Positions 1 to 9,799 of a stretch of DNA of 64,000 nt are shown one piece after another; positions within the stretch are counted from its first letter, which is position 1, and each line of letters starts with the position of its first letter. The position numbers were made by a program, and so were the translations under genes. The stretch is from Candidatus Flemingiibacterium sp. (GTDB lineage Bacteria > Bacillota > Clostridia > Oscillospirales > CAG-272), in assembly GCA_045636265.1 (NCBI GenBank), contig JAZTXD010000102.1, forward strand, positions 5,034 to 69,033, given 5' to 3'. The notes under the pieces were generated by a model. The model searched no databases. It was not told the origin of the DNA and saw only the letters and a list, made by a program, of their open reading frames with translations.

Positions 1-215
1 TACCGTTTATTCCTTATGTTTTGGCTGATTATCGGTCTTTCATGTGCTGTACGCAAAACGCTCAATTCAACAAAACCGGACGAAATTATTTAAAGTGGAA
101 TTATAAGAAAAACGTGTGCTTGTTCAAACTTTGACATAAGAAACGCCCAAAGGGTGAGAAAGGATGCACTTTAACTGCGGTAGTTTAATTGCGGTAAAAG
201 TTGTGGTATTGAATT

Positions 216-740
216 ATGGGGATTTCCCAAAAGAAACGCAGATTTAATGTTGTTGATGCAGTTATAATAATTATGATAGCTGCTGTAATAGCTGTTGCTG
301 TACTGTTTTTCCGTACGGATATTTTCCGAAATGACGGGGGGGAAAATGACGGCGGTTTATCCGGAGTTCTTGTGCCTGTTGAGTACGAAATTCAATTTCG
401 CGGGATACGTGACGAATTTGCCGACAACTTTATTGTCGGAGATAATGTTGTGGATACCGTCAAGCATGTAAAGCTCGGACAGATAATAGCCGTTGATGTT
501 ACCGATGCGGTATATGTCGGCAGCAATTTGCTCACAGGTGAGCTTGTTTCCTCAGACTATCCGGGATATTCAGATGTCACCGTTACGGTAAGTGTTAATG
601 CAGCCGTAGGCGATGACGGCAGATACTATATTGGCGGCGAGTATGATTTGTCTGTCGGGACTTTAGTGGCTATGCGCACCCCGAACTATACCGGAACAGC
701 CTACTGTACGCAAATAAGACAGCTTGAAGGAGAAAAATAA
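216..740 (+). CDS. DUF4330-like membrane-anchored hypothetical protein
   Basis: 174-aa ORF. The N-terminal KKRRFNVVDAVIIIMIAAVIAVAVLFF is a single TM anchor typical of DUF4330 as I remember it. The stop overlaps the next start (TAATG). Confidence 0.5.
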   Translation: MGISQKKRRFNVVDAVIIIMIAAVIAVAVLFFRTDIFRNDGGENDGGLSGVLVPVEYEIQFRGIRDEFADNFIVGDNVVDTVKHVKLGQIIAVDVTDAVYVGSNLLTGELVSSDYPGYSDVTVTVSVNAAVGDDGRYYIGGEYDLSVGTLVAMRTPNYTGTAYCTQIRQLEGEK

Positions 741-1270
741 TGAACGAGAATACAAATGTAAAAATCAAGAAAACAAAGGGGTTTAAACCTAATATTATTG
801 ATTTCCTCGTTGTTGTTGCAATAATTGCTGTAATAGCCGGTATTGCTTCAAGAGCAATACTTAAATACTCAAGCACCGATGACAAAAATGCATCTTTGAC
901 TTTTGAGAGTGCGCGAGTTTCTTTCCGCCTTGCGGATGTCGGTGATAGCACTGCGGAGTATTTTAATAACGGTGATGAGTTTTTCAGTATCTCGCACGAG
1001 AGTATGTTTGGAACACTTGAAACATTTCAGACTAATCCCGCGGAGATATATGTAGCCGATCAGGAGGGAATACTCCACAAACAAGAGGCGATAAATGACC
1101 GTGTGGATATGACGGGAACATTTATAAGCGAGGGCGTTTTCACAGAGGACGGTTTTATGCTTCAGGGTGGTGGATATCTCATTCCGAATTCCGAAGTTTA
1201 CGTGAAAAGTGCTAGCGTAACAGCATATATCCTTATAACTGAAGTTGAAAGAATTACATCTGCAGAATAA
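740..1270 (+). CDS. DUF4330-like membrane-anchored hypothetical protein (tandem paralog)
   Basis: 176-aa ORF with the same architecture (KPNIIDFLVVVAIIAVIAGIA TM anchor). Translationally coupled to the preceding ORF. Confidence 0.5.
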   Translation: MNENTNVKIKKTKGFKPNIIDFLVVVAIIAVIAGIASRAILKYSSTDDKNASLTFESARVSFRLADVGDSTAEYFNNGDEFFSISHESMFGTLETFQTNPAEIYVADQEGILHKQEAINDRVDMTGTFISEGVFTEDGFMLQGGGYLIPNSEVYVKSASVTAYILITEVERITSAE

Positions 1271-1276
1271 TAAAAG

Positions 1277-1304
1277 GTTGTCCGCTTTGGCGGACAACTT
1301 TTCC
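1277..1304 (+). terminator. Rho-independent terminator
   Basis: GTTGTCCGC-TTTG-GCGGACAAC stem-loop followed by TTTTCC, directly after the stop at 1270. Confidence 0.7.
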
Positions 1305-1399
1305 ATATTATGTAAAAATAACTGCATTTGTGCACAAAAACATTTGAAAATTACATATAAACGAGGCTTGCAGAGTCAAATTTATATGCAAAAAAACTA

Positions 1400-1428
1400 T
1401 TGATTTTATTTTTGAAAAATGATATACT
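1400..1428 (+). promoter_or_regulatory. Sigma-A type promoter upstream of ptsH
   Basis: TTGATT (1400-1405), 17-bp spacer, TATACT (1423-1428). Confidence 0.5.
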
Positions 1429-1545
1429 ATAATTGGTATAGTAACAGAATGTTTTGCGGCGGTTGGCTATTGATTTGCCGATGCCGATAAATATTTGGAA
1501 TAAATCTGTGTGAACAACTCATTTTAATATTTAGGAGAGAATGAT

Positions 1546-1809
1546 ATGATATCTCGTAACGTAACTATTCAGAATAATGTTGGCCTTCACGCAAGACCCG
1601 CAACATTTTTTATTCAGAAGGCAAACTCTTTCCACAGCTCTCTTTGGGTTGAGAAGGAAGACAGACGCGTAAACGCGAAGAGCCTTCTCGGCGTGCTTTC
1701 TCTCGGAATCACCAAGGGAATGACCATCACTCTTATCGCTGACGGAAGCGACGAAAATGAGGCTCTCGACGGTCTTTGCGAGCTTATTGACACCGGTTTC
1801 GGTGACTGA
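1546..1809 (+). CDS. ptsH: Phosphocarrier protein HPr
   Basis: 87 aa. His15 motif GLHARPA and Ser46 motif NAKSLLGVLSLG. AGGAGAG RBS upstream. Confidence 0.9.
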   Translation: MISRNVTIQNNVGLHARPATFFIQKANSFHSSLWVEKEDRRVNAKSLLGVLSLGITKGMTITLIADGSDENEALDGLCELIDTGFGD

Positions 1810-1952
1810 TAACGCGCCACCAAAGCGTTTTGAGTTGAAAGAGCTGCATGCTCTTTCTGTTGGAATAATAGTTGTGACGAGTCGCGGTGTGGAATGGCAA
1901 CGGGGACTCGTCTTTGCTTTCTTTTAAAACAAACGGTGTGGGGAAACGGTGT

Positions 1953-3818
1953 ATGAACGCTAACATTTCGGACAAAGCGCAGAAAAAACGTGCCGAACTG
2001 CTTGAAAAGGCAAATTCTTTGCCGCAGCGTCCGGGCGTGTATATAATGCGCGACAAGAGCACAAAGGTTATATACGTCGGAAAATCGCGCTCGCTCAAAA
2101 ACCGCGTGTCGCAGTATTTCCACGAAGCGGCTCACCATAACGAAAAAACACGCCGTATGGTTATGTCGGTCGATCACTTCGACTATATTCTCACCGACAC
2201 GGAAATTGAGGCGCTTTCGCTTGAAAACAGCCTTATAAAACAGTATGCGCCGAAGTATAACATAAGGCTCAAGGATGCGAAGTCGTACCCGTATATAAAA
2301 ATGACGGTGAACGACGAATATCCGAAGCTTACGGTAACAAGACGCAGACTTGCGGACGGGGCGAAGTATTACGGCCCGTATTCAAGTATTTCCGCTGTCT
2401 ACAGCATACTCGGAACTATTCAGAAGTCGTTTGGTATAGCATCGTGCTCCAAAGAGTTTCCGCGCGATATCGGTAAATCACGCCCGTGTCTTAACCGCCA
2501 CATCGGACTTTGTATGGCGCCTTGTACCGGTGAGATATCATCGGAAGAATACCGCGCTGTGTTCAAGGAGATAAACAGCTTCCTGCGCGGTTCCTTCCGC
2601 GAATGTGAGGCGTCCCTCAGAGAGAAAATGGAGTACGCTGCGGAAAACCTTATGTTTGAAGCGGCGGCACGCTACAGAGATCGCATAGAAGCGCTCTCGA
2701 AGCTCTGGCAGCGACAGAAGGTTGTCGGCTCACCCGATGAAGAGCAGGACGTTATCGCGCTCTACAGCGACGATGTTTGCTCCTGCATCTCCGTGTTCTA
2801 TATAAGAGGCGGAAGCATTACAGATAACGAGCATTTCCTCTTCCCGGCGGAGCAGATAATCGACGAGGAGAATATGTCCTCGTTCCTGTCCGAGCTTTAC
2901 AACATACGCGAATATGTGCCGCGTGAGATAATCCTCGATTTTACCTTACCGGACTCGGAGCTTGACGCGCTGTGCGAAACGATACGCGCAAGAGTCGGCT
3001 ACAAGCCGGATATACGCACTCCCGAGCGAGGTGACCGCCGCAGACTTTGCGAAATGGTATACGATAACGCAAAACAGCAGGCGTTTCTCTATAAAGCGGA
3101 TGCGGAGAAGGATAATAAGATACTCGTGAAGCTCGCTTCCATGCTCGCGCTCGAGGTTGTGCCGCAGAGGATAGAAGCGTATGATATATCAAATTTCGGC
3201 AAGGATAATATCACCGCCGGAATGATAGTTGCCAAGGACGGCAAGCTCAAAAAGTCCGATTACCGCACGTTTAAGATTAAAACCACGGACGGTATCGACG
3301 ATTACGGCGCAATGCGCGAGGCACTCTCACGCAGACTTTCACATCTGACCGATGAGTCGTTCGGAGAGGCTCCTGACCTTATTCTGCTTGATGGCGGACG
3401 CGGACATGTATCCGTGGTCAGAGAGCTGATGAACGAGCTGGGGTGCGAGATACCCGTATTCGGCATGGTCAAGGACGAGTTCCATAAGACACGTGCGCTG
3501 ACGGATGATACGCGCGAGATAAGTATAGCGCGTGAGCAGGCGGTGTTTGTGTTTGTCTATAAGCTTCAGGAAGAGGTTCACAGATACACGATAGGCCGCA
3601 TGGAGAATGCGAAATCAAAGACGCTGAAGCATTCAACTCTTGAGAAAATCGACGGCATCGGTACAATCAAGGCAAAGAATCTTTTGGCGCATTTCAAGAG
3701 CATTGCCGCCATTAAGAAAGCAGATAAGACAGAGCTTATGCGTGTGTCGGGAATAACCGGGGCAAACGCAGACGCGATAATAGAATATTACAGTAAAAAC
3801 GGAGATAAAAAGCAATGA
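1953..3818 (+). CDS. uvrC: Excinuclease ABC subunit C
   Basis: GIY-YIG motif GVYIMRDKSTKVIYVGKSRSLKNRVSQYF and a C-terminal HhH region. I chose the ATG at 1953 (MNANISDKAQ...) over the upstream GTG/ATG at 1887. Confidence 0.93.
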   Translation: MNANISDKAQKKRAELLEKANSLPQRPGVYIMRDKSTKVIYVGKSRSLKNRVSQYFHEAAHHNEKTRRMVMSVDHFDYILTDTEIEALSLENSLIKQYAPKYNIRLKDAKSYPYIKMTVNDEYPKLTVTRRRLADGAKYYGPYSSISAVYSILGTIQKSFGIASCSKEFPRDIGKSRPCLNRHIGLCMAPCTGEISSEEYRAVFKEINSFLRGSFRECEASLREKMEYAAENLMFEAAARYRDRIEALSKLWQRQKVVGSPDEEQDVIALYSDDVCSCISVFYIRGGSITDNEHFLFPAEQIIDEENMSSFLSELYNIREYVPREIILDFTLPDSELDALCETIRARVGYKPDIRTPERGDRRRLCEMVYDNAKQQAFLYKADAEKDNKILVKLASMLALEVVPQRIEAYDISNFGKDNITAGMIVAKDGKLKKSDYRTFKIKTTDGIDDYGAMREALSRRLSHLTDESFGEAPDLILLDGGRGHVSVVRELMNELGCEIPVFGMVKDEFHKTRALTDDTREISIAREQAVFVFVYKLQEEVHRYTIGRMENAKSKTLKHSTLEKIDGIGTIKAKNLLAHFKSIAAIKKADKTELMRVSGITGANADAIIEYYSKNGDKKQ

Positions 3819-4369
3819 GAATAATCACAGGAACAGCACGCGGAACCAAGCTTGCAACACTTGAGGGGGATGCAACACGTCCCACAGCCGAGCGTGTTAA
3901 AGAAGCAATATTCAGCATGATACAGTTTGACCTGCCTGATGCGCATGTACTTGATCTGTTCGCGGGAAGCGGTCAGCTTGGACTTGAGGCTTTGAGCCGT
4001 GGGGCAGAGAAGGCGCACCTTGTAGACAAGTCAAAAGATGCCGTGGCTATAATAAAGCAGAATGCGCAGAAGACTCACCTTTGGGACCGCTGCCGCGTTA
4101 TAAACATGGACTATGCCGACTATATCCGCGGAACAAAGGATGAGAAGTTTGACTTCATTTTCCTTGATCCGCCGTATTCGAGCGGTATGGTCAAGTCCGC
4201 ACTTGAAAAGCTTGCCGATTCCGACATTGTTGCCGAGGGCGCGTGGATATTCTGCGAGGACGAAACCGACGATGTTTTCGGCGGCGATGAGGCACTTTCC
4301 GAGAAGTATAACATCGAAAAGAAGAACCGCTACGGCAGAGTTTATATAACAGTTCTTACGAGAAAATAA
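3815..4369 (+). CDS. rsmD: 16S rRNA (guanine966-N2)-methyltransferase RsmD
   Basis: MRIITGTARGTKL...RPTAERVKEAIFSMI, SAM motif LDLFAGSGQLGLEA and DPPY motif. ATGA overlap with uvrC. Confidence 0.85.
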   Translation: MRIITGTARGTKLATLEGDATRPTAERVKEAIFSMIQFDLPDAHVLDLFAGSGQLGLEALSRGAEKAHLVDKSKDAVAIIKQNAQKTHLWDRCRVINMDYADYIRGTKDEKFDFIFLDPPYSSGMVKSALEKLADSDIVAEGAWIFCEDETDDVFGGDEALSEKYNIEKKNRYGRVYITVLTRK

Positions 4370-4379
4370 GGAGAAAGTC

Positions 4380-4868
4380 ATGCCAAATCCGAGAATAGCA
4401 CTCATCCCCGGAAGCTTTGATCCGGTCACCGTGGGGCACTACGATCTCGTAGTACGTGCGGCGAAGATATTTGACAAGGTTTATGTGACAGAGTTTATAA
4501 ATTCCGCGAAGAGCGGCTTTTTCAGCGCGGATCAGCGCCTTTTAATGCTGCGTACGGCGTTTGACGGCATTGACAACGTAGAGGTTGACATCTGTGACGG
4601 GCTGCTTGCCGATTATGCGATCTCGCACAATATCGGCACTATCGTAAAGGGCGCACGCTGTGCGACCGACTTCGACTACGAAATGTCCCTCTCGCTCATC
4701 AACCGCTCCATTAACGCAGAGCTTGATACTGTGATCATCCCAACCAAGGCTGAATATATGCACATAAGCTCCACCATGGTGCGCGAGCTTATACGTTACG
4801 GATGCGATTATTCGGCGTGTGTTCCGAGCGGTGTAGCCGAGCTTATAAAGTCGTTTACAAAAAATTAA
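4380..4868 (+). CDS. coaD: Phosphopantetheine adenylyltransferase
   Basis: 162 aa with GSFDPVTVGH nucleotidyltransferase motif and ISSTMVRE near the C-terminus. Confidence 0.92.
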   Translation: MPNPRIALIPGSFDPVTVGHYDLVVRAAKIFDKVYVTEFINSAKSGFFSADQRLLMLRTAFDGIDNVEVDICDGLLADYAISHNIGTIVKGARCATDFDYEMSLSLINRSINAELDTVIIPTKAEYMHISSTMVRELIRYGCDYSACVPSGVAELIKSFTKN

Positions 4869-4985
4869 CATCATTATAATTACATAATTTCCAAATATTG
4901 ATAGATATATAAAATATATGGCTGTAAAACCTGCAAAAACTGCGAAAAAAGTTGAAAAAATTTTCAAAAAATCTTGCGAAAACTA

Positions 4986-5014
4986 TTGAAATTATCCGCA
5001 TTATGCGGTATAAT
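4986..5014 (+). promoter_or_regulatory. dcw-cluster promoter (Pmra-like)
   Basis: TTGAAA (4986-4991), 17-bp spacer, TATAAT (5009-5014). Preceded by phased A-tracts and followed by GTGG-type repeats. Confidence 0.6.
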
Positions 5015-5088
5015 ATTTTTAAGGTGGGGAAAATAGGTGCAAAGTGGTGCATTTTACCCACAATTTGGTATAAGCGAGGTGAGTCGCG

Positions 5089-5508
5089 GTGCTTACGGGC
5101 GAATATTTACATACAATAGACGCAAAGGCGCGAGTTTTCGTGCCGGCTAAGCTGCGCGATGAACTCGGTGAAACGTTCATGCTCGCAAAGAGCGTTGACG
5201 GATGCCTTTCACTTTACCACCTTGATGAATGGGCAAAGCTGTGCGACAAAATCGACAGTCTTCCCGAATCGCAGACAAAATCCATAAAGCGTTTTCTGTT
5301 TACATTCGCATTTGAGGTTTCCCCCGATTCCCACGGACGCATCACGCTTCCGCAGGTGCTTCGCGAATATGCCAATCTCGATCGCGATGCGGCATTCCTC
5401 GGTGTTGGAAACAGAGCAGAGCTTTGGGATGCCGAGCGTTGGAGTGCTATGAAGAATGGCGATGACGCGGCAGAAATAGAAAAGCAGATGAAGGAGCTGG
5501 GAATCTGA
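5089..5508 (+). CDS. mraZ: Transcriptional regulator MraZ
   Basis: GTG start after a [34 protein letters not shown] and a second SpoVT/AbrB-like repeat with [13 protein letters not shown]. Confidence 0.92.
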   Translation: MLTGEYLHTIDAKARVFVPAKLRDELGETFMLAKSVDGCLSLYHLDEWAKLCDKIDSLPESQTKSIKRFLFTFAFEVSPDSHGRITLPQVLREYANLDRDAAFLGVGNRAELWDAERWSAMKNGDDAAEIEKQMKELGI

Positions 5509-6461
5509 TGAATAGCAACCCTCCCGCTTTTTCGCATTACTCCGTGCTTTTGAATGAGTCCGTAGAAGGACTTAACATAAAGCCGGACGGTATTTATGTA
5601 GACTGTACCCTCGGCGGTGGCGGCCACTCCGCAAGTATTGCATCACAACTAACAGCCGCCGGGGGCAGACTTATATCAATCGACCAGGACAGTGCGGCGA
5701 TCGCGGCGTCTATGGAGCGACTCAAGGAATACAGGGATCGCATAGAGTTTGTTCGCGATAATTTCAGAAATGTCGGAAATATACTCGAGCGCCTTGGTAT
5801 AGAAAAAATCGACGGCGCTATCATCGACCTTGGTGTGTCATCCTACCAGCTCGACACGCCGGAGCGCGGATTCTCCTATATGCACGATGCTCCGCTTGAC
5901 ATGAGAATGGACCCCGATGCAGCGCTTAGCGCATATGAGGTTATCAACACATATTCCGAGGACCGACTCAAAAAGATTATTTACGACTACAGCGAGGAGC
6001 GTTTCGCAGGGCGTATTGCAGCAAGGATATGCACCGAGCGCGAAGTGAAGCCCATAGAAACAACATTTGAACTCGTAAACATAATAAAATCGGCAATACC
6101 TGCCAAGGCAAGAGTTGAGGGCGGACACCCCGCAAAGCGTACATTCCAGGCGATACGCATTGAGGTGAATTCCGAGCTTTCGATCATAGAGCCAACACTG
6201 AATGCACTTATAAATTCTCTCGGCGAGGGCGGAAGACTTTCGGTTATTACGTTCCATTCGCTTGAAGACAGAATCGTTAAACAGACATTTGCCGCGGCGG
6301 CAACGGGATGTACATGCCCGAAGGATCTGCCGATATGCGTATGCGGAAACAAGCCTAAAATAAAACCCATTACCCATAAGCCGATATTACCGTCGGAAAG
6401 GGAACTCAACGAAAACTCGCGTTCAAAGAGCGCAAAGCTTCGAATAGCGGAAAAATTATAA
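5508..6461 (+). CDS. rsmH: 16S rRNA (cytosine1402-N4)-methyltransferase RsmH
   Basis: [28 protein letters not shown] and [10 protein letters not shown] motifs. Confidence 0.95.
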   Translation: MNSNPPAFSHYSVLLNESVEGLNIKPDGIYVDCTLGGGGHSASIASQLTAAGGRLISIDQDSAAIAASMERLKEYRDRIEFVRDNFRNVGNILERLGIEKIDGAIIDLGVSSYQLDTPERGFSYMHDAPLDMRMDPDAALSAYEVINTYSEDRLKKIIYDYSEERFAGRIAARICTEREVKPIETTFELVNIIKSAIPAKARVEGGHPAKRTFQAIRIEVNSELSIIEPTLNALINSLGEGGRLSVITFHSLEDRIVKQTFAAAATGCTCPKDLPICVCGNKPKIKPITHKPILPSERELNENSRSKSAKLRIAEKL

Positions 6462-6477
6462 AAAAGGAGGGTGCGTT

Positions 6478-7260
6478 ATGACAGACGCTAAGCTTAAAAA
6501 GAAAAAAAGCAAAGCCAAGAGCTCTGATGAGCGTATTTCCACGCATCCTTCATATAAAGAATATTCATGGGACGCACTCACCTCTTCTATAACGAATGCT
6601 AAACCGGTTTCGCACAAAAACGGTATCGGACAGCAGGTGAGCGCCGCAACAGGTACGGCTGTAAGAACTAATACGGGCTCCTTCCCGAATGTTGGTGCTG
6701 TCGGCACAAGGACCGGAGAGTTTACTGCTCAAAAGAATGTTAAGGCTGGTGTATCCGCGGGTAAAGCGAAGGTTAAAACCAAAGCGCTTGCAAAGGGAAA
6801 AAGCAAGAAGCTTGCCAAGGTGAAGACAAAGGTTGAATACCTTACCACGGATGTTGAGGCGGCAAGACGTTATTCCTTCCCTGTGTCGCTTGTACTTATG
6901 GCGGTGTGTGCTACTGTGCTCATCATGGCGATAATAACCACGGGCGTGCAGATAAACGAAATCACCGCACAGAATTCCTCTCTTAAGAGCCAGTACAGCC
7001 AGCTTGAAGAACTCCGGGACGAGTTGAATCGCCAGCTCGAGGTACGTGACGATCTTCGTGTTGTTGAACGTATGGCTAAGGATGAGCTTGGCATGGTCAA
7101 GCGAGATCAGGTTGACAGATATTATCTCACTGTGCATAAAGAAGATAAAATCGAGATAATTGAAGATGAAAAGCAGGAAACCACCTCATTCTGGGAAGGT
7201 ATAAAGGATGCGGGAGGTTCGCTTATAGACCGTGTTCGCGGATTCTTCGGATTAGATTAA
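6478..7260 (+). CDS. ftsL: FtsL/DivIC-type septum formation protein with long basic N-terminal extension
   Basis: Sits between rsmH and the PBP gene. Single TM (FPVSLVLMAVCATVLIMAIITTGV) followed by a coiled coil (LKSQYSQLEELRDELNRQLEV...AKDELGMVK). Confidence 0.7.
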   Translation: MTDAKLKKKKSKAKSSDERISTHPSYKEYSWDALTSSITNAKPVSHKNGIGQQVSAATGTAVRTNTGSFPNVGAVGTRTGEFTAQKNVKAGVSAGKAKVKTKALAKGKSKKLAKVKTKVEYLTTDVEAARRYSFPVSLVLMAVCATVLIMAIITTGVQINEITAQNSSLKSQYSQLEELRDELNRQLEVRDDLRVVERMAKDELGMVKRDQVDRYYLTVHKEDKIEIIEDEKQETTSFWEGIKDAGGSLIDRVRGFFGLD

Positions 7261-7415
7261 ATCAGTCATTTTAGTATGATTTTTTGCGTATTATAGTATC
7301 AGAACAAGCTTCGGAGAGTAGGCACCGTTATTTAGTCGCTTACTCTCCGAAATTTCCCATTTATAAAGATATTTTCAGATTCGCTAAAAAGGCGGGAAAG
7401 GAAGCGGTTTAAAAT

Positions 7416-9734
7416 ATGCCTTTCATGTCACAGCGCGCAAGCGCACTCAAGAGAACGGTTGCATTTTTGCTTATCATCGTTGCATGCATGACATTTTTAA
7501 TTGTGGAACTGTTCTCGCTTCAGATAATAGAGAATGACAAATATCAGGCTATAGTTATAGATCAGCTCACCAAAGAATACACCACGGCAGCAGAGCGCGG
7601 AAAAATATTCGACACAAATATGAATCTGCTTGTCACCAATACTACGGTATACCGCATATTTATATCTCCTTATGCGATAAATCAGTATGACGGAGAGGAT
7701 CCCACAAAAGATGAACTCAAGGACATGATCGCCGACAAGCTTGTTGAGGTGCTCGGTGTTGAGCGCGAAGCTGTGTATGAAAAATACGCAAAGACTAACC
7801 GTCAGGACGAAACCATAATGAAGAACGTTGAGCCTGACAAAGCGGAAATTCTTCGTGCGTTTGTTAAGGAAAACAAGCTGAGTGACAAGCTCTATATTTC
7901 CGCAACTTCGAAGAGATACTACTGCTACGGGAATCTCGCATCCCACCTTGTCGGTTTCACCAACTCGGACGGCGACGGAGTTTACGGTATTGAGGCTACA
8001 TATAACGATTACCTCAAGGGAACTTCCGGCAAATACATAACCGCGCGCAACGCTCTTCAGCAGGATATGCCGTTTAAATACGAGAGCTACGTAGGCGCGG
8101 AAAACGGAGCAAATCTCGTTACCACTATAGACATGCGCCTCCAGTATGAGCTTGAAAATCAGGTCATAGCTGCATACGAATCCGCACAGGCGACAAACCG
8201 TGTCTGCGGTATCGTTATGGACGTAAACACCGGCGGTATACTCGCGTCTGCGGTTTACCCGAACTATGACTGCAATGACCCGTATGCGCTTGACGAGGAG
8301 CATATGCAAAAGCTTATCGAAAGCGGATATGCCGAGGGCACGGCTGAATATAACGAGCTTCGCACAAACCTTGTTTATCAGATGTGGAACAATAAGGTTG
8401 TCAGCGAGCCGTATGAACCGGGCTCCACATTCAAGATAATTACGTCTGCTATCGCCCTTGAAGAGGGACTCGTGAGCGTTGACGATACGTTCACCTGCTA
8501 CGGTCACTACTTTATCGAAGGATACGGCACGCCGATTCCGTGCCACCGAAGGGACGGACACGGAAAGGTAACCTTTGCACGCGGACTTCAGCAGTCCTGC
8601 AACCCGCTTATGATGAATACTATGGAAAAAATCGGACGCGACACCTTCTATAAGTATTTTGAAGCGCTCGGATACACATCCAAAACCGGTGTTGACCTCA
8701 CGGGCGAGGCAAGGGGAATTTACCTTCCCGCGAATGATATGCACAACGTCGAGCTTGCGGTATACTCATTCGGTCAGACCTTTAAGGCAACACCCCTGCA
8801 GCAGCTTTCTGCAATCTGCACTGTTGCAAACGGCGGATATCTTGTAACTCCCCATGTTCTCAAGGAAATGGTTGACGATGACGGAAACGTTATCTATTCA
8901 TATGAAACCGAGCATAAGGTTCAGATATTCTCTGAAGAAACCTGCAATACAATAACACAAATCCTCGCAGAAGGTGTTGCTACCGACGGCGGCGCGAGAA
9001 ATGCATACACCAAGGGTTACAGCGTGGCCGCAAAGACCGGTACATCACAGAAGCAGGATAAATACGTCTACTATGATGCGGAGGGAAATGTTGTTTCCAT
9101 TGAGGACGAGTGGGTAACCTCGGAGCGTCCTTACCGTATCGGATCCACTGTTGCATTCGCTCCGGCGGATGATCCTCAGATAGCAGTTATCATCATCGTT
9201 GACGAGCCGTCATCGGGCGGTAACTTCGGAAGTATTGTAGCTGCTCCGTACATTTCGAACTTCCTGTCGGTTGCTATGCCGTACCTCGGCTATGAGCCGC
9301 AGTATACGGAAGCGGAGCTTGCAAGTATTGACGTGGGCATTACCGATCTTACCGGCGTTGACATTGAAGATGCGATGCTTTATCTTGCTAACCGCAAGCT
9401 GAAGTTCAAGAAAGTCGGCGACGGAAACATCGTTATTGCACAGACTCCCGAGGGTGGAAGCAGACTTTCCACCGACAGCGGCGTGGTATATCTCTATACC
9501 GGTGACGCTGAAATATCAGATTCGGTAACAGTTCCCGATGTTCTCGGAAAGACCGGAGCGGAATGTAACCGAGTGATCACGGGCGCCAAGCTGAATATAA
9601 AGATAAAAGGTGCTACAAACTATAATGTAGGCGGCGGTGCGCAGGTAATATCGCAGTCGCCGGCGGCGGGAACACAGGTTCCGCCCGGTACAATAGTAAC
9701 CGTAGAATTCCGTTATCTCGACGGTACGGACTGA
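7416..9734 (+). CDS. Class B penicillin-binding protein (FtsI/SpoVD type) with two C-terminal PASTA domains
   Basis: STFK (GSTFKIITSA), SCN (QQSCNP) and KTGT motifs, an N-terminal TM, and two PASTA-like repeats in the last 140 aa or so. Confidence 0.9.
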   Translation: MPFMSQRASALKRTVAFLLIIVACMTFLIVELFSLQIIENDKYQAIVIDQLTKEYTTAAERGKIFDTNMNLLVTNTTVYRIFISPYAINQYDGEDPTKDELKDMIADKLVEVLGVEREAVYEKYAKTNRQDETIMKNVEPDKAEILRAFVKENKLSDKLYISATSKRYYCYGNLASHLVGFTNSDGDGVYGIEATYNDYLKGTSGKYITARNALQQDMPFKYESYVGAENGANLVTTIDMRLQYELENQVIAAYESAQATNRVCGIVMDVNTGGILASAVYPNYDCNDPYALDEEHMQKLIESGYAEGTAEYNELRTNLVYQMWNNKVVSEPYEPGSTFKIITSAIALEEGLVSVDDTFTCYGHYFIEGYGTPIPCHRRDGHGKVTFARGLQQSCNPLMMNTMEKIGRDTFYKYFEALGYTSKTGVDLTGEARGIYLPANDMHNVELAVYSFGQTFKATPLQQLSAICTVANGGYLVTPHVLKEMVDDDGNVIYSYETEHKVQIFSEETCNTITQILAEGVATDGGARNAYTKGYSVAAKTGTSQKQDKYVYYDAEGNVVSIEDEWVTSERPYRIGSTVAFAPADDPQIAVIIIVDEPSSGGNFGSIVAAPYISNFLSVAMPYLGYEPQYTEAELASIDVGITDLTGVDIEDAMLYLANRKLKFKKVGDGNIVIAQTPEGGSRLSTDSGVVYLYTGDAEISDSVTVPDVLGKTGAECNRVITGAKLNIKIKGATNYNVGGGAQVISQSPAAGTQVPPGTIVTVEFRYLDGTD

Positions 9735-9799
9735 TGTCATAATAAACCGTCCCCCAGCGTAAATATCATATAAACGATATAACGCGGAGGATATGGTAT

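Noticed and set aside
1-93. A possible 3' end of a plus-strand ORF (…YRLFLMFWLIIGLSCAVRKTLNSTKPDEII*) entering from outside the window.
   Set aside because: Only 30 codons are visible and the hydrophobic stretch is not diagnostic. That is too little evidence to call a CDS.
1887-1952. The upstream extension of uvrC given in the ORF track (MWNGNGDSSLLSFKTNGVGKRC).
   Set aside because: The conserved UvrC N-terminus begins at the ATG at 1953. The extension overlaps the ptsH-uvrC spacer and matches nothing typical of UvrC.
4930-4985. Short periodic repeats that at first glance looked like a mini tandem-repeat or CRISPR-like array.
   Set aside because: The units are only about 10 bp A-tracts with no conserved repeat and spacer structure. 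I interpreted them as phased A-tracts (DNA curvature).
7497-8744. A 415-aa ORF antisense to the class B PBP gene.
   Set aside because: It is a shadow ORF. The sense strand carries the STFK, SCN and KTGT motifs.
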